DNA of 64,000 nt from Trichormus sp. ATA11-4-KO1 (GCA_019358915.1 JAHHIM010000021.1:13214-77213); one strand, 5' to 3'; positions 23,666-34,019 are shown, counted from the first letter of the stretch. Numbers and translations are program-made. The notes: generated by a model from the letters alone, not told the origin.

Positions 23666-23852
23666 AGTAAAATTTTCTCCAATAGATATAAGAAAGCTTT
23701 CTAGCGTAATCTGCGCGAGATTGTGATCTCATCTTGCTGATGGCAGAGTTTTATGAGCCGCAGGTTTGGTAAATCGTTCTGCTAAAAGCATTCATCCAGA
23801 ACGTAAAACTTTTCTATGCCCCATGAACATTAGCAGCAAATATACTAAAAGC

Positions 23853-25289
23853 ATGACACATACTATTCAACCATTAACTCGGAAAGCTTGGGCTAGTGCG
23901 ATCGCGGAGCCGGCGAAGGAATTTCCTCTGACTCAATTGCCAATCCTGGCGGGTAAAGTTCCTGATGGCTTGCGCGGGACACTATATCGCAATGGGCCTG
24001 GACGGCTAGAACGTGGCGGTATCCATGCAGGGCACTGGTTTGATGGCGATGGGGCAGTACTGGCGGTTAATTTTACCGATGCAGGTGTGACTGGACTTTA
24101 TCGTTATGTGCAAACTGCTGGCTATCAAAAAGAAGCCGTAGCAGGTAAATTGCTTTACGGCAATTACGGTATGACAGCACCAGGGCCAATTTGGAATCAA
24201 TGGCTCAAACCAGTTAAAAATGCGGCTAATACTTCGGTGCTGGCTTTACCTGATAAATTGCTGGCACTTTGGGAAGGTGCTAATCCTCATGCCCTTGACC
24301 TGGAAACTTTAGAAACGAGGGGTTTAGATAATTTAGATGGTCTGGGACAGGGATTACCCTATTCGGCACATCCCAAAGTTGATTACCAAACTAAAGAGAT
24401 TTTTAACTTTGGTATCAGTGTTGCATTCAACGCGACGCTAAATGTTTATAAAAGTGACTTTACTGGCAAGATTATTCAAAAAGCCCAGTTCACACTAGAG
24501 GGTGTTCCCCTCATACATGATTTTGTTTTGGCAGGACAATATCTGATATTTTTTGCTCCTGCGGTGCGCTTAAATCTTTTCCCTGCCCTTGTGGGTATTA
24601 GCAGTTACAGTGGTTCACTGGAGTGGCAGCCTCAAGCGGGAACTCAGATTTTGGTGATTGATCGCGAAACTTTATCTTTGGTGAGTCGTGGAGAAACTGA
24701 ACCTTGGTTTCAATGGCATTTTGCCAATGGTTATGTGGATGCTAATAATTTAGTAGTTGTAGATATTGCCCGATATCAAGATTTTCAAACCAATCAATAT
24801 CTCCAGGAAGTAGCTACAGGAGAAACTCATACCTCAGCAAAATCTACACTAACACGAGTTCATCTTCAGCCCCAAACTGGTAAAGTCACATCGATTCAGC
24901 AACTCTTGGACAGAAGTTGTGAATTTCCCAATGTACCGCCGCAAAATTTGGGACAAGTTTCGCGTTACACATATATGTCTTTATTCCGCCAAGGAACAGA
25001 CATTAGCCAAGAACTATTAAACGCGATCGCTCGTTTCGACCACAATACTGAAACTCTCACCGAAGCAGACTTAGGAGAAAATCGCTATCCTAGCGAACCT
25101 CTACCTGTGCAAGATACCCAAAATCCTCACCAAAGTTGGGTTTTAACAGTAATTTACGATGGTAATTCCCATAGTAGCGAAGTTTGGGTATTTGATAGCG
25201 ATCGCCTAGATGAAAAACCGGTTTGCAGGCTAGGATTACCTAGCGTCATTCCCCACAGTTTCCACGGTAACTGGAAAGTAGTGCAATAA
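23853..25289 (+). CDS. carotenoid oxygenase (RPE65/CCD family)
   Basis: YRNGPG, HWFDGDG, SAHPK, IHDF, WHFANG, EFP, SEP and HSFHG iron-ligand motifs; start uncertain between 23766 and 23853. Confidence 0.93.
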   Translation: MTHTIQPLTRKAWASAIAEPAKEFPLTQLPILAGKVPDGLRGTLYRNGPGRLERGGIHAGHWFDGDGAVLAVNFTDAGVTGLYRYVQTAGYQKEAVAGKLLYGNYGMTAPGPIWNQWLKPVKNAANTSVLALPDKLLALWEGANPHALDLETLETRGLDNLDGLGQGLPYSAHPKVDYQTKEIFNFGISVAFNATLNVYKSDFTGKIIQKAQFTLEGVPLIHDFVLAGQYLIFFAPAVRLNLFPALVGISSYSGSLEWQPQAGTQILVIDRETLSLVSRGETEPWFQWHFANGYVDANNLVVVDIARYQDFQTNQYLQEVATGETHTSAKSTLTRVHLQPQTGKVTSIQQLLDRSCEFPNVPPQNLGQVSRYTYMSLFRQGTDISQELLNAIARFDHNTETLTEADLGENRYPSEPLPVQDTQNPHQSWVLTVIYDGNSHSSEVWVFDSDRLDEKPVCRLGLPSVIPHSFHGNWKVVQ

Positions 25290-25340
25290 AAAAAGTTTTT
25301 AGTCAGGGATTTAGTCTTTAAAGCCCTTATTTAGCTGACT

Positions 25341-26978
25341 CTAAAAGTCTAAAACATCTAATGATTCTGCAATTTCTAAATCTAAAACTCTTTGACGAGC
25401 ATCTTTGAGCGCTTCTAACTTGCCTTCTTGGCGATAAATATCTGCTGCTTTACGAAAATCATCAATTGCTAGTTGTTTATCTCCTAATTTTGTATAAACA
25501 TTACCACGATTGTAATAAGCATTCGCATAATGAGAATTAATCTGTATTGTCTGGGTGAAATCCTCAATTGCTCCCTCGTAATCTCCTAAATCATAACGGG
25601 AATTACCACGGTTATAATAAGCATCTATATACTGCGGATTCAGTTGTATAGCCTGAGTATAATCGGCAATTGCACCTTCATAATCTTCTAGATCAGCACG
25701 CGCATTTCCACGATTTTTATAAGCAACTGCATCTTGAGGATTCATCTTAATTGCCTGCGAAAAACCCTGGTGATATTCGATAGAATAACGCGCAATTCCC
25801 TGATTTTTATAAGTATCAGCGTAATGAGGATTAATTTTGATCGCCTGAGTGTAATCCTCGATTGCTCCTTGGTTATCACCTATATGAGAACGAGCTTCAG
25901 CACGGTTTTTATAAGCAACAGCAACATGAGGATTAATTCTAATAGCTTCTGTATAATCCTCTATTGCTTCTGCAAAATTTCCTAGTTGATAACGAGCTAA
26001 ACCTCTTTTATTGTAGGCTTTGCCATCGTTAATATTAATCTGTATTGCCTGAGAATAATCTGTACTCGCTGCTTCATAATCTCCGAGTTGATAATAAGCC
26101 AACCCACGTTTGTAATAAATATCAGCATCATTATTAAATTGCAAAGCTTGGTTATAGTGATTAATTGCAGCTTCATAATCACCTTTATTAAAACATTCAT
26201 CACCCAGTTGTACATAAAGTAGATTTATATCTTCATTCTGATGATTTAAATAATTAGTTCTATCTGAGAATAAGATAGATTTAGTTAACTGCTTTGTGGA
26301 TGAACGAGATAGCTGTTCTTGTTTAGGGGCATATTGATAAATTTGCGGTTCATGTCTAGAAAAATTATGATTTACAGAAGATTGTAATTGTTCTAAATAG
26401 CACCATAAGCCACCACCATATAATAATTGATTGATCCCAAAGGAAATTTTTCCAGTTTTTAACTTAATCATTTGAGTAGGAAGAAAGCCAGCCAAAAAAA
26501 GGTGATATTCGGGTTGCGCTTCATTGACGTTTTCTTGAATCAAAACGCAAACTACAACTGCATTTTTTTCGACTTCTTCCGAACTAACTGACCATCTAAT
26601 TTTATCAATACTGCCATGACGAGATTTTACTTCCACACCAACAGATGGGTTAGAAGTCAAGGTAAAATCAATTTTGCCATCGCCGCCGAATCTTTTTTCA
26701 TAATCTACTTCTGTAATTAAATCAGCTAAACGTTCTTTAACGACTTCTTCACCCAGTTTCCCTTTAAGATTGTTGATAAAAACGTCACGAACTGGCGAGG
26801 TACGCTTATATTTCTCAGCCATCAGCCAGCAAAAATCTCGTAATGCCTTTAATCTTTCTCCAGAGATTATAGTTAGTTCGCTGTATTGACCTTCTGTTTC
26901 ACAATGAAGCAGACAACCAGATGATAACCTTTTAACAAAATCAGACTGTAGCGATCGCAGTAGTGTAATCCAGTCCAT
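25341..26978 (-). CDS. TPR protein with N-terminal PD-(D/E)xK nuclease-like domain
   Basis: C-terminal repeats AYYNRG..R..LGDYEGAI.DYTQAI; N-terminal KGKLGEE...DGKIDF...VEVKSR. Confidence 0.8.
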   Translation of the reverse strand: MDWITLLRSLQSDFVKRLSSGCLLHCETEGQYSELTIISGERLKALRDFCWLMAEKYKRTSPVRDVFINNLKGKLGEEVVKERLADLITEVDYEKRFGGDGKIDFTLTSNPSVGVEVKSRHGSIDKIRWSVSSEEVEKNAVVVCVLIQENVNEAQPEYHLFLAGFLPTQMIKLKTGKISFGINQLLYGGGLWCYLEQLQSSVNHNFSRHEPQIYQYAPKQEQLSRSSTKQLTKSILFSDRTNYLNHQNEDINLLYVQLGDECFNKGDYEAAINHYNQALQFNNDADIYYKRGLAYYQLGDYEAASTDYSQAIQININDGKAYNKRGLARYQLGNFAEAIEDYTEAIRINPHVAVAYKNRAEARSHIGDNQGAIEDYTQAIKINPHYADTYKNQGIARYSIEYHQGFSQAIKMNPQDAVAYKNRGNARADLEDYEGAIADYTQAIQLNPQYIDAYYNRGNSRYDLGDYEGAIEDFTQTIQINSHYANAYYNRGNVYTKLGDKQLAIDDFRKAADIYRQEGKLEALKDARQRVLDLEIAESLDVLDF

Positions 26979-27225
26979 CTATCTATAAAATGCTGCGAAT
27001 CTTTTGATGAGATTATTTTATTAGAATATCCAGTTAGCGTAAACAATTCAATTAGCTGAGGGGTGATATTGCCACCAACTGGTTAAAAATATGTCACAAG
27101 CCTTAACTGTACTGATTTTTTGGAGATGCGATCGCGAAGAATAATAAAATTAACTAACCACCAATAGATACAGTAAAGGGCACAGCGTTGCTGTACCCTG
27201 AAAATATTTATAGCTCCTAAGTTTA

Positions 27226-27498
27226 TCAAAAACCGACAGATGGTAGCTTGCCTTGTAGCAACTGGAATTTGGACTGAACGCAAGTAGCGCAGTTGCAACC
27301 GAGTTGATCCATAATCGGATTAGATGATTGAGTCACCTTGAGAGCGGCAAATTCGTCAACTTGTTGATGAGATGCAATTGAAACCATTTGTGTAGTAAAT
27401 GCAGATTCTAGACTAGATGCATGAGATGGATTCGCTACCAGTAATATAGATGCGAGAAACACAGGACAGGCAAGCAAAATCAGTTTGGCTATGTTCAT
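27226..27498 (-). CDS. small secreted protein with C-terminal GCNCATC motif
   Basis: Signal-peptide-like N-terminus (MNIAKLILLACPVFLASILLVANPSHA); NPIMDQLGCNCATC. Confidence 0.75.
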   Translation of the reverse strand: MNIAKLILLACPVFLASILLVANPSHASSLESAFTTQMVSIASHQQVDEFAALKVTQSSNPIMDQLGCNCATCVQSKFQLLQGKLPSVGF

Positions 27499-27568
27499 AA
27501 TTCACACATAAATACTATTTCTGCTACAGCATAGCCAATAAATAGGGATACCTTCAACTTAATGATGG

Positions 27569-27584
27569 TGTATTACTAACTACA
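27569..27584. promoter_or_regulatory. perfect NtcA box
   Basis: TGTA-TTACTAAC-TACA in the divergent intergenic region between the CxCxxC gene and def. Confidence 0.55.
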
Positions 27585-27717
27585 CTACAATCCTTGACCT
27601 CTTTCAACCTCTTAAGTTCCCAACGACTATTGACACCTGAGTAGACTTTTTCCCGCCTCCCGAAAAAATGGGCACAATGGAAGAAATAATCATAATTATC
27701 GCAACTTGGTATTACTT

Positions 27718-28251
27718 ATGGCTGAATTAATGCCAATCATTCAATTGGGCAATCCTATACTGCGCCAAAAAGCGGCTTGGGTTGATAATATTCAAGATGC
27801 ACACATTCAAAATCTAATTGATGATTTGACCGCAACAGTTGCCAAAGCTAACGGCGTAGGAATTGCCGCACCGCAAGTAGCAGCATCCTATCGTTTATTT
27901 ATTGTAGCTTCCCGTCCTAATCTCAGGTATCCTCACGCTCCGGTAATGGAACCTACTGCTATGATCAATCCGAGAATAGTGGCTCATGCTACTGAAATTG
28001 TCAAAGGTTGGGAAGGTTGTTTAAGTGTGCCGGGTATTAGAGGATTAGTTCCCAGATATCAGGCAGTTGAAGTTGCATATACTAACCGCAATGGCAAGTT
28101 ACAAAAACAAGAATTAACTGATTTTGTCGCGCGGATTTTTCAACATGAGCATGATCATCTCGACGGTATAGTATTTGTAGACCGTCTTGAGAACAATCTC
28201 GATATTCTTACTGAAGACGAATATCAAAAACGAATAGCTAACAATATTTAG
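27718..28251 (+). CDS. def: peptide deformylase
   Basis: GVGIAAPQ, EGCLS and QHEHDHLDG motifs. Confidence 0.96.
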   Translation: MAELMPIIQLGNPILRQKAAWVDNIQDAHIQNLIDDLTATVAKANGVGIAAPQVAASYRLFIVASRPNLRYPHAPVMEPTAMINPRIVAHATEIVKGWEGCLSVPGIRGLVPRYQAVEVAYTNRNGKLQKQELTDFVARIFQHEHDHLDGIVFVDRLENNLDILTEDEYQKRIANNI

Positions 28252-28438
28252 TTACAAATAGTAACAATAAAATATAAAACACACGCTATTTTATTGCTAA
28301 TAGCTAATAGCAAAAGTCTTTTCTAGAAGACTAACAACACGTAAACGAAAATAGCTCTCAAGGAAGAGACTGGACACTGAAGCTAAAGTTATATTTAACC
28401 TATTGTTAACCTTAGTCTTGGTGCAGCTCATCGATTAA

Positions 28439-29359
28439 ATGACAACAACTATTAGTAGTCGTGGCTTAAGTCCGCAGTCAATCATGTCTCCTGAGTTTAT
28501 TGCTACTCAGGCTCAAAACGCTGAAGTCAAGGTAAATAAACATACTAGCCCAGAAGTTGCACAGTCACAATCACAAATTGTCCATGCAACTAACGGACGC
28601 ATCCGCATTCGCGCTACTAACAATAGTTTTAACTCGCAACTAGAAACTATATCCCAAAATTTACGGCAACACAAAGGGGTAAGAGGAGTTTCTATTAATC
28701 AGCAAACAGGTAGTTTGGTCGTCACATTTGATCAAACTCTGTTGTCATTACCGCAGTTATTGAGCATACTTCAAAAATTTGATATTCAACCGCCTCAAGT
28801 CAACAATGTAGATTTTTTGGCTGCGTGGAAATCTTTAGATTTTTGGCAAGAACAGTCGATTTCGTTCATCCCCTTGATGATAGGTTTAGTAGTGACGGGA
28901 GGACTAGGAATCAGAGGTTTAGCAGCGATTCCAGTTTACATGATGACCGCAAATGCAACTCGCCAGGTAATGGATTATCTGCAACCCCAATGTTGGGAAA
29001 CAACAGGCGATCCTCACCACAAGGTTGTCCATGTAATCCCTGGCCGAATCAGGTTTCATGTGCCGCAAATCGCTGAAGATCGTGCCTATGGTAGGCGACT
29101 GGAGAGGTTAATTAAAACCGATTCCCAAGTTATTAGTGTGCGGGTAAATTATGATGCAGCGTCGATCGCGATCGCTTATCAGCCTGGTGAGGTGGCTATT
29201 AGTCATTGGCTGAATTTAATGGAATTGGCTGTAGATGTGAACCCATTGCCCGATCCCGTTAAGGTGTCTAGTCAAAATGTATCGAGTTTATGGTCTAATA
29301 TGCAGCCTCCAGCGCTGTCTTTTTTCCTGGCGTATTTGGCAAACTTAACGAACCACTAA
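28439..29359 (+). CDS. protein with two HMA2 domains
   Basis: IVHATNGRIRIR...NQQTGSLVVTF and VVHVIPGRIRFH...VNYDAASIAIAY flanking a hydrophobic segment. Confidence 0.82.
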   Translation: MTTTISSRGLSPQSIMSPEFIATQAQNAEVKVNKHTSPEVAQSQSQIVHATNGRIRIRATNNSFNSQLETISQNLRQHKGVRGVSINQQTGSLVVTFDQTLLSLPQLLSILQKFDIQPPQVNNVDFLAAWKSLDFWQEQSISFIPLMIGLVVTGGLGIRGLAAIPVYMMTANATRQVMDYLQPQCWETTGDPHHKVVHVIPGRIRFHVPQIAEDRAYGRRLERLIKTDSQVISVRVNYDAASIAIAYQPGEVAISHWLNLMELAVDVNPLPDPVKVSSQNVSSLWSNMQPPALSFFLAYLANLTNH

Positions 29360-29975
29360 GACACCAAGACACAAAGGAATAAAAGTACCAAGAGAGAAGG
29401 AATGGCAAACGTCACTGTTCACTTAGCGTCGCCTTCAGTTCAAACATCTCACGAGTCTGTAGAGGTAGAACTGTCCGTTCGCTGATTTTCACCTCAGAAA
29501 AAGGACGTTTGAGAATGTTTTCGACATTCGACCTCAAAACCCTTTCCAACTAGATTTTCCTCTTCCCCTTGTTGAGGTAAACAAATATCGACAGTTTCTG
29601 AGGTGGGTCAAGTACCCATTGCTTGAGGTATTGGGGGTTTTGTCCACTTTTTACCTCTACCTCACTCATCGATGCACCCCGAAACAGTTCATTAGTTTGT
29701 CTTCACATTACCTGTAATTAACAAAATTACATAAAAAGTTACTCTATTCATCCAGTTATTACCTTGAAAGTGTTTCTTGAGTGCTGAGTGCGCTTCTTGC
29801 CCTGAGCGAAGTCGAAGGGGAGTGCTGAATAAGAGGGAGTAGAGAAGATGACTATGCCTCTTTTCCCCCATTCACCCCGATATCAAAAAGCAAAATTTGC
29901 GATTTAGGTTGAAATCTTATTTTTTCATTTATATTGCGCTGTTTTACTGTAGTATTTTTCCTAACCATTGCAGTT

Positions 29976-29989
29976 GTAACAAACAGTAC
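29976..29989. promoter_or_regulatory. NtcA box upstream of the pentapeptide-repeat gene
   Basis: (T)GTA-ACAAACAG-TAC matches GTAN8TAC. Confidence 0.45.
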
Positions 29990-30256
29990 GTATTATTTAG
30001 GCATTTGATTAGTAAATATGCGGCTATAAATCCCAGATTTTAGCTAAAATGCGTTATTTGTAGCAAAAGCTCAATTGCCATCATCGTGAGACAGTGCCAT
30101 TCATCTGCGGTTTAGTGGTTGACAATACATCTTTAAGCAAAATACATAAATTAATTTATACTTTTGCGTTTAGTGTTCACAAAGTAGCCAGGCTAACAGA
30201 AATATTGAATAAAGGTTGAATATAACAGTAATAATTGAGTAATAAAGGATACAAAG

Positions 30257-31939
30257 ATGTCACAATTATCTCAAGTTTGGCAGCTTTTGAAAAATTATAT
30301 AAGTAGTGCGAAGTCACCAGAAGCGCCAAGAACCAAAGCTTTAGCAGCAGCAGCGTATTTGCCTATGGGAAAAATCTTGAACAAACCAGGCAAAAGTATG
30401 AAATTTTCTCAAGATAATTTCCAGAAAGGTTTATTAATTAAACGATTACAAAAAAGCTTGGAGGAATGGACAAAACCAGAAAATAATTGCACGTTGAATA
30501 CAAGCAAGCTACCCTCCTCTTTCAGTTCTACCAACGGGAACGGTTACTCTAGCCAAGTAATTGGCAACGGTTATTATAATAATCGGCAACGGCTGCGCCG
30601 AACAATTTCTGCGGTACAGTATAGCGAACAGCAACGACTACCCCACGCTTATCCTGTGGGAGATACGGCGCGAACGGGTTCTACTGTCAAGTACGATCAT
30701 GCTTGCCGCGATCGCCAATTGCATGAAGAGATTTATGATTTACTAGGCAATGGAGCGTTGACACCAGAAATAGTCAAACAAGTCATGGACTTTCTCCAAT
30801 TTGAACAAAAATTTCAACCAGTACTTTTGTTTCACCGTTTAGAAGATTTTTATAGTCGCTGGTGTCGAGGAGAATTTATTGATGCCTTACCGAGTGATAA
30901 CTTGCCTCAAAAAAAAATGATGGCGCTTTTAGCACAAAATATTACCATCGGCTTAAGACAGGTAGATATATATACAGGACTTAATGTACTGATTTTACTC
31001 TTAGAATTACACAGTTACGCACAAGCGCAAGAACAGCTACAACAACAAATCATTTTCTATCCATCCACTAAACCAGATACAGATAATTTTTTTACATCCC
31101 AACTGCTGCGAGTTATCAATTACAGTGATGCCCTGGAAATTGGTAATTTTAGTAGTATAGTCGGGGAATTTCTCAAGGGAGGTAACTTTCAGGGTGCTTA
31201 CCTCGGTGATGCCAACTTAACTGGAGTCAACTTTAGCGATGCCAATCTTAGCGGTGCTTACCTTGGTGATGCTAACCTCACAGGTGCCAACTTTAGCAAC
31301 GCCAACCTAACTGGGGCAAACTTCGGTGATGCTAACCTCAGTGGTGCTAACTTCAGCAATGCCGACCTCAGCAATGCTGACCTCAGTAGTGCTAACCTCA
31401 GTGGCGCCAACATCAAAGATGCCAACCTCTACCGCGCCAATCTTAGCAGTGCCGACCTTAGTAGCAGTAACATCAAAGATGCCGACCTGTGTCACGCCAA
31501 CCTCAGTAGTGCCAACATCAAAGATGCTAACCTCAGTAGCGCCAACTTGACAAATGCTATCATCTTTGGTGCTAACCTGAGCGACGCTAACCTTAGTAGC
31601 GTCAACCTCAGCCATGCCGACCTCTGCCGCGCCGACCTCAGTGGTGCTGACATCAGTCACGCGATACTTAATGGCACTAACCTCAGCGATACTATTCTCT
31701 TTAGTACCAACCTGAGTAATGCCAATCTCAGCAATGCTGACCTCAGCTATGCCAAACTCAACGGTGCTGACCTGAGTGGTACTAACTTCAACTATGCCAT
31801 TCTTGGCGGTGCTGATTTTAGTGATGCCAACTTAAAAGCAATGACCTGGGATGAAAAGCAGCAATGGGAAGGTATCCGGGGATTAGAAACAGCAGTTAAT
31901 GTGCCAACAGCACTGAAGCAGCAGTTGGGGTTGGTTTGA
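30257..31939 (+). CDS. pentapeptide repeat-containing protein
   Basis: Long A(D/N)LxxA(N/D)L array in the C-terminal half; N-terminal LFHRLEDFYSRWCRGEFID domain. Confidence 0.93.
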   Translation: MSQLSQVWQLLKNYISSAKSPEAPRTKALAAAAYLPMGKILNKPGKSMKFSQDNFQKGLLIKRLQKSLEEWTKPENNCTLNTSKLPSSFSSTNGNGYSSQVIGNGYYNNRQRLRRTISAVQYSEQQRLPHAYPVGDTARTGSTVKYDHACRDRQLHEEIYDLLGNGALTPEIVKQVMDFLQFEQKFQPVLLFHRLEDFYSRWCRGEFIDALPSDNLPQKKMMALLAQNITIGLRQVDIYTGLNVLILLLELHSYAQAQEQLQQQIIFYPSTKPDTDNFFTSQLLRVINYSDALEIGNFSSIVGEFLKGGNFQGAYLGDANLTGVNFSDANLSGAYLGDANLTGANFSNANLTGANFGDANLSGANFSNADLSNADLSSANLSGANIKDANLYRANLSSADLSSSNIKDADLCHANLSSANIKDANLSSANLTNAIIFGANLSDANLSSVNLSHADLCRADLSGADISHAILNGTNLSDTILFSTNLSNANLSNADLSYAKLNGADLSGTNFNYAILGGADFSDANLKAMTWDEKQQWEGIRGLETAVNVPTALKQQLGLV

Positions 31940-31993
31940 GATAGACAGAGCGCCTTTTAGCACTTAGTGGACTAACACATGACACAGCTAAAG

Positions 31994-32295
31994 AGTGCTG
32001 AGTGAAAGTGCTAAGTGCTGAGTTAAAAGACTGCCCACACTTCGGCAAGGCTCAGTGACCACTAGGGGCGGGGCATTTACCGAGTGCGAAAGTGTTTCCT
32101 TCCTCTTGTTATTACTCAGCACGGGCTATAAGCGCAGCTATGCCCGCAGGGCTTTACGCCCCGCTACCTCTCTACGCGCAACCATGCCCGCAGGGCTTTA
32201 CAACACTCAGCACTGAGTAAGGTAAAGAGCGCATATAATCTTCTTGTAAAATCGGTATCTTGCCTGTTCTGGGCAGGCTAGAAGCCTACCCCACA
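31994..32295. repeat. composite intergenic repeat cluster (TGCTGAG heptamers, dispersed GC-rich repeats, REP-like hairpin)
   Basis: TAAGCGCAGCTATGCCCGCAGGGCTTTAC also occurs inverted at about 4238-4267; ATGCCCGCAGGGCTTTAC occurs twice here. Confidence 0.7.
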
Positions 32296-32323
32296 ATCAT
32301 TAAATCTGCCACGCCACTAGAAA

Positions 32324-32917
32324 TTATTTTAAATTTTTAGGTGCTACTGGAGAGTTTTCAAACTTCTCACTATTGCTTGTAACAATTAGCGCTAACTCAA
32401 TTTGCTCTTCCCCAACCTGGGTGATTTTTACTTCTACTCCAGGACCAAAATATTTGGTCATTTTTTCCTGCTTTTCCTGCCAAGCATGAATGGGAATCAA
32501 CGGCGAATCAAATTCTAAAATTAAGGTATAGGCCCCATCAATTGCTGTTTCTCTTAAACCTGTGACTATTGGTCGTTCCTCATCTGTAGGACTCAAACCC
32601 AGATAAGAGAGTGCAGCATCTAAATGAGCGTCTTGACCATAGCAATATCGGGTGATGTCTTTACGAATTTTATTTTGAGTGACAGTTGCTTGCTGCTCTC
32701 GCAATATTAATATTGATGGCGTAGTACTTTGACTAAAGGGTATGGGCTTAATTTCATTGGCTTTCAGTGCCAATCCTCCCAGTAAGAGAGGAAACCCGTA
32801 AAAAAAACCCACAAGATTGAGTGTGGCATTGTCAGCAGCATAGGCGACAAAACCAACAATGGTTAATATGCTGCCGATGGTCAAACCGATTGTTCCCAAA
32901 GAAATTTGGCGTAACAT
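32324..32917 (-). CDS. DUF2854 domain-containing (thylakoid) membrane protein
   Basis: Two N-terminal TMs, GFFYGFPLLLGGLALK, DITRY.YGQDAHL, FGPG. Confidence 0.85.
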   Translation of the reverse strand: MLRQISLGTIGLTIGSILTIVGFVAYAADNATLNLVGFFYGFPLLLGGLALKANEIKPIPFSQSTTPSILILREQQATVTQNKIRKDITRYCYGQDAHLDAALSYLGLSPTDEERPIVTGLRETAIDGAYTLILEFDSPLIPIHAWQEKQEKMTKYFGPGVEVKITQVGEEQIELALIVTSNSEKFENSPVAPKNLK

Positions 32918-33110
32918 GAGCTTAGATAATATAAATTCTTAACACCTCAGTTTTATTATCATCGGCTATGAGTAACAAATTAGGGAAGAGAGGGAAATGA
33001 GGAAGATTTGCCAGAACATAATTTCCCCTTGTCCTTGATCCTCTTCCACTTCCTACTCCTTTTTGAGCTAACTTTAAATTTGAAGGTATATCTAAAACTG
33101 GAAGTAAATA

Positions 33111-33296
33111 ATGGATTTACAGACTATAAAAGAACGAATTGCTGTAGTTCAAAGTAAACGCGAGTACTTGCTGAGCCTTTTAGAGCAGTCAAATTTGGGA
33201 ACTCTGAGAATTGATGTCAATCAGGCTTTGGAAGAACTAGATGAGTTAATTGATGAATTTAGACGCACTATTCCGCCGGAAACAGAAAATAATTAA
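33111..33296 (+). CDS. conserved small hypothetical protein, 61 aa
   Basis: Helical LL.Q.NLGTLRIDVNQALEELDELI.EF pattern. Confidence 0.75.
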   Translation: MDLQTIKERIAVVQSKREYLLSLLEQSNLGTLRIDVNQALEELDELIDEFRRTIPPETENN

Positions 33297-33328
33297 GGTG
33301 AACTAAACAGCATAAATAACACACAACC

Positions 33329-33366
33329 GCGTCAGTACAACCACTAAATTACAGTTATACTGACGC
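33329..33366. terminator. hairpin between convergent genes
   Basis: GCGTCAGTACAAC ... GTTATACTGACGC. Confidence 0.55.
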
Positions 33367-33456
33367 TGCTTGTTCATAAATATTTTCCAGTCCCCAGAAT
33401 TGAGTTAAGCCTGGGGTAATCCACCAGCAATTACTCAGCATGATTTATTTTTTCAC

Positions 33457-33861
33457 TTAACCATCTCCTGCACGTTGACCTAACTGCTTAACCAAAGCAA
33501 TTAGTTCGTTCGTAGGCACATCTTTTTGACAAATATCGTCAAAATTCGGGGTTGCTTTGTTTCCCAGAAAATTTGCATCTTCCACCGAGGAATAAGCCAG
33601 TATCTGAGTATTGGGAGAAATCGCTTTAATCTGACTAGAAGCACTCCAACCATCCATGATAGGCATTTGTAAGTCTAGAACAATTACATCAGGATGGCAG
33701 CTTTTAACCATTTCTATAGCTTCTTGACCATTGCAGGCTAACCCTACTACTTGAAAATTTTCTTGAGCTGAAAAAGCTAATTGCAGGGTTAAACGAGTCA
33801 GTTCGTGATCATCAACCACTAAAACACGTAAGGTAGAAGACTCACAGGAAAACATTAACAT
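33457..33861 (-). CDS. single-domain response regulator (REC)
   Basis: RVLVVDDH, PDVIVLDLQMPIMDG; no output domain. Confidence 0.9.
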   Translation of the reverse strand: MLMFSCESSTLRVLVVDDHELTRLTLQLAFSAQENFQVVGLACNGQEAIEMVKSCHPDVIVLDLQMPIMDGWSASSQIKAISPNTQILAYSSVEDANFLGNKATPNFDDICQKDVPTNELIALVKQLGQRAGDG

Positions 33862-34019
33862 TCAAAGTAAGAAAAAAACTAGAAACAATAGTTCTTACAG
33901 TTTATGGTAATGAGCACCAGTAATCACTCTATCTTACGGGTGAATAAATTGATTTACCCACAGTTATTTATCAGATAAATTGTCAAAAATTAAAGTTTGT
34001 TTAAAGAAACTCAGTTGAG

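Noticed and set aside
28294..28313. TTGCTA-N8-TAGCAA palindrome upstream of the HMA2 gene as a metal-regulator box
   Set aside because: Equally explained as a (GCTAATA)2 heptamer repeat; cannot be assigned
31307..31660. Repetitive alternative-frame ORFs inside the pentapeptide gene
   Set aside because: Shadows of the 15-bp periodic coding repeat
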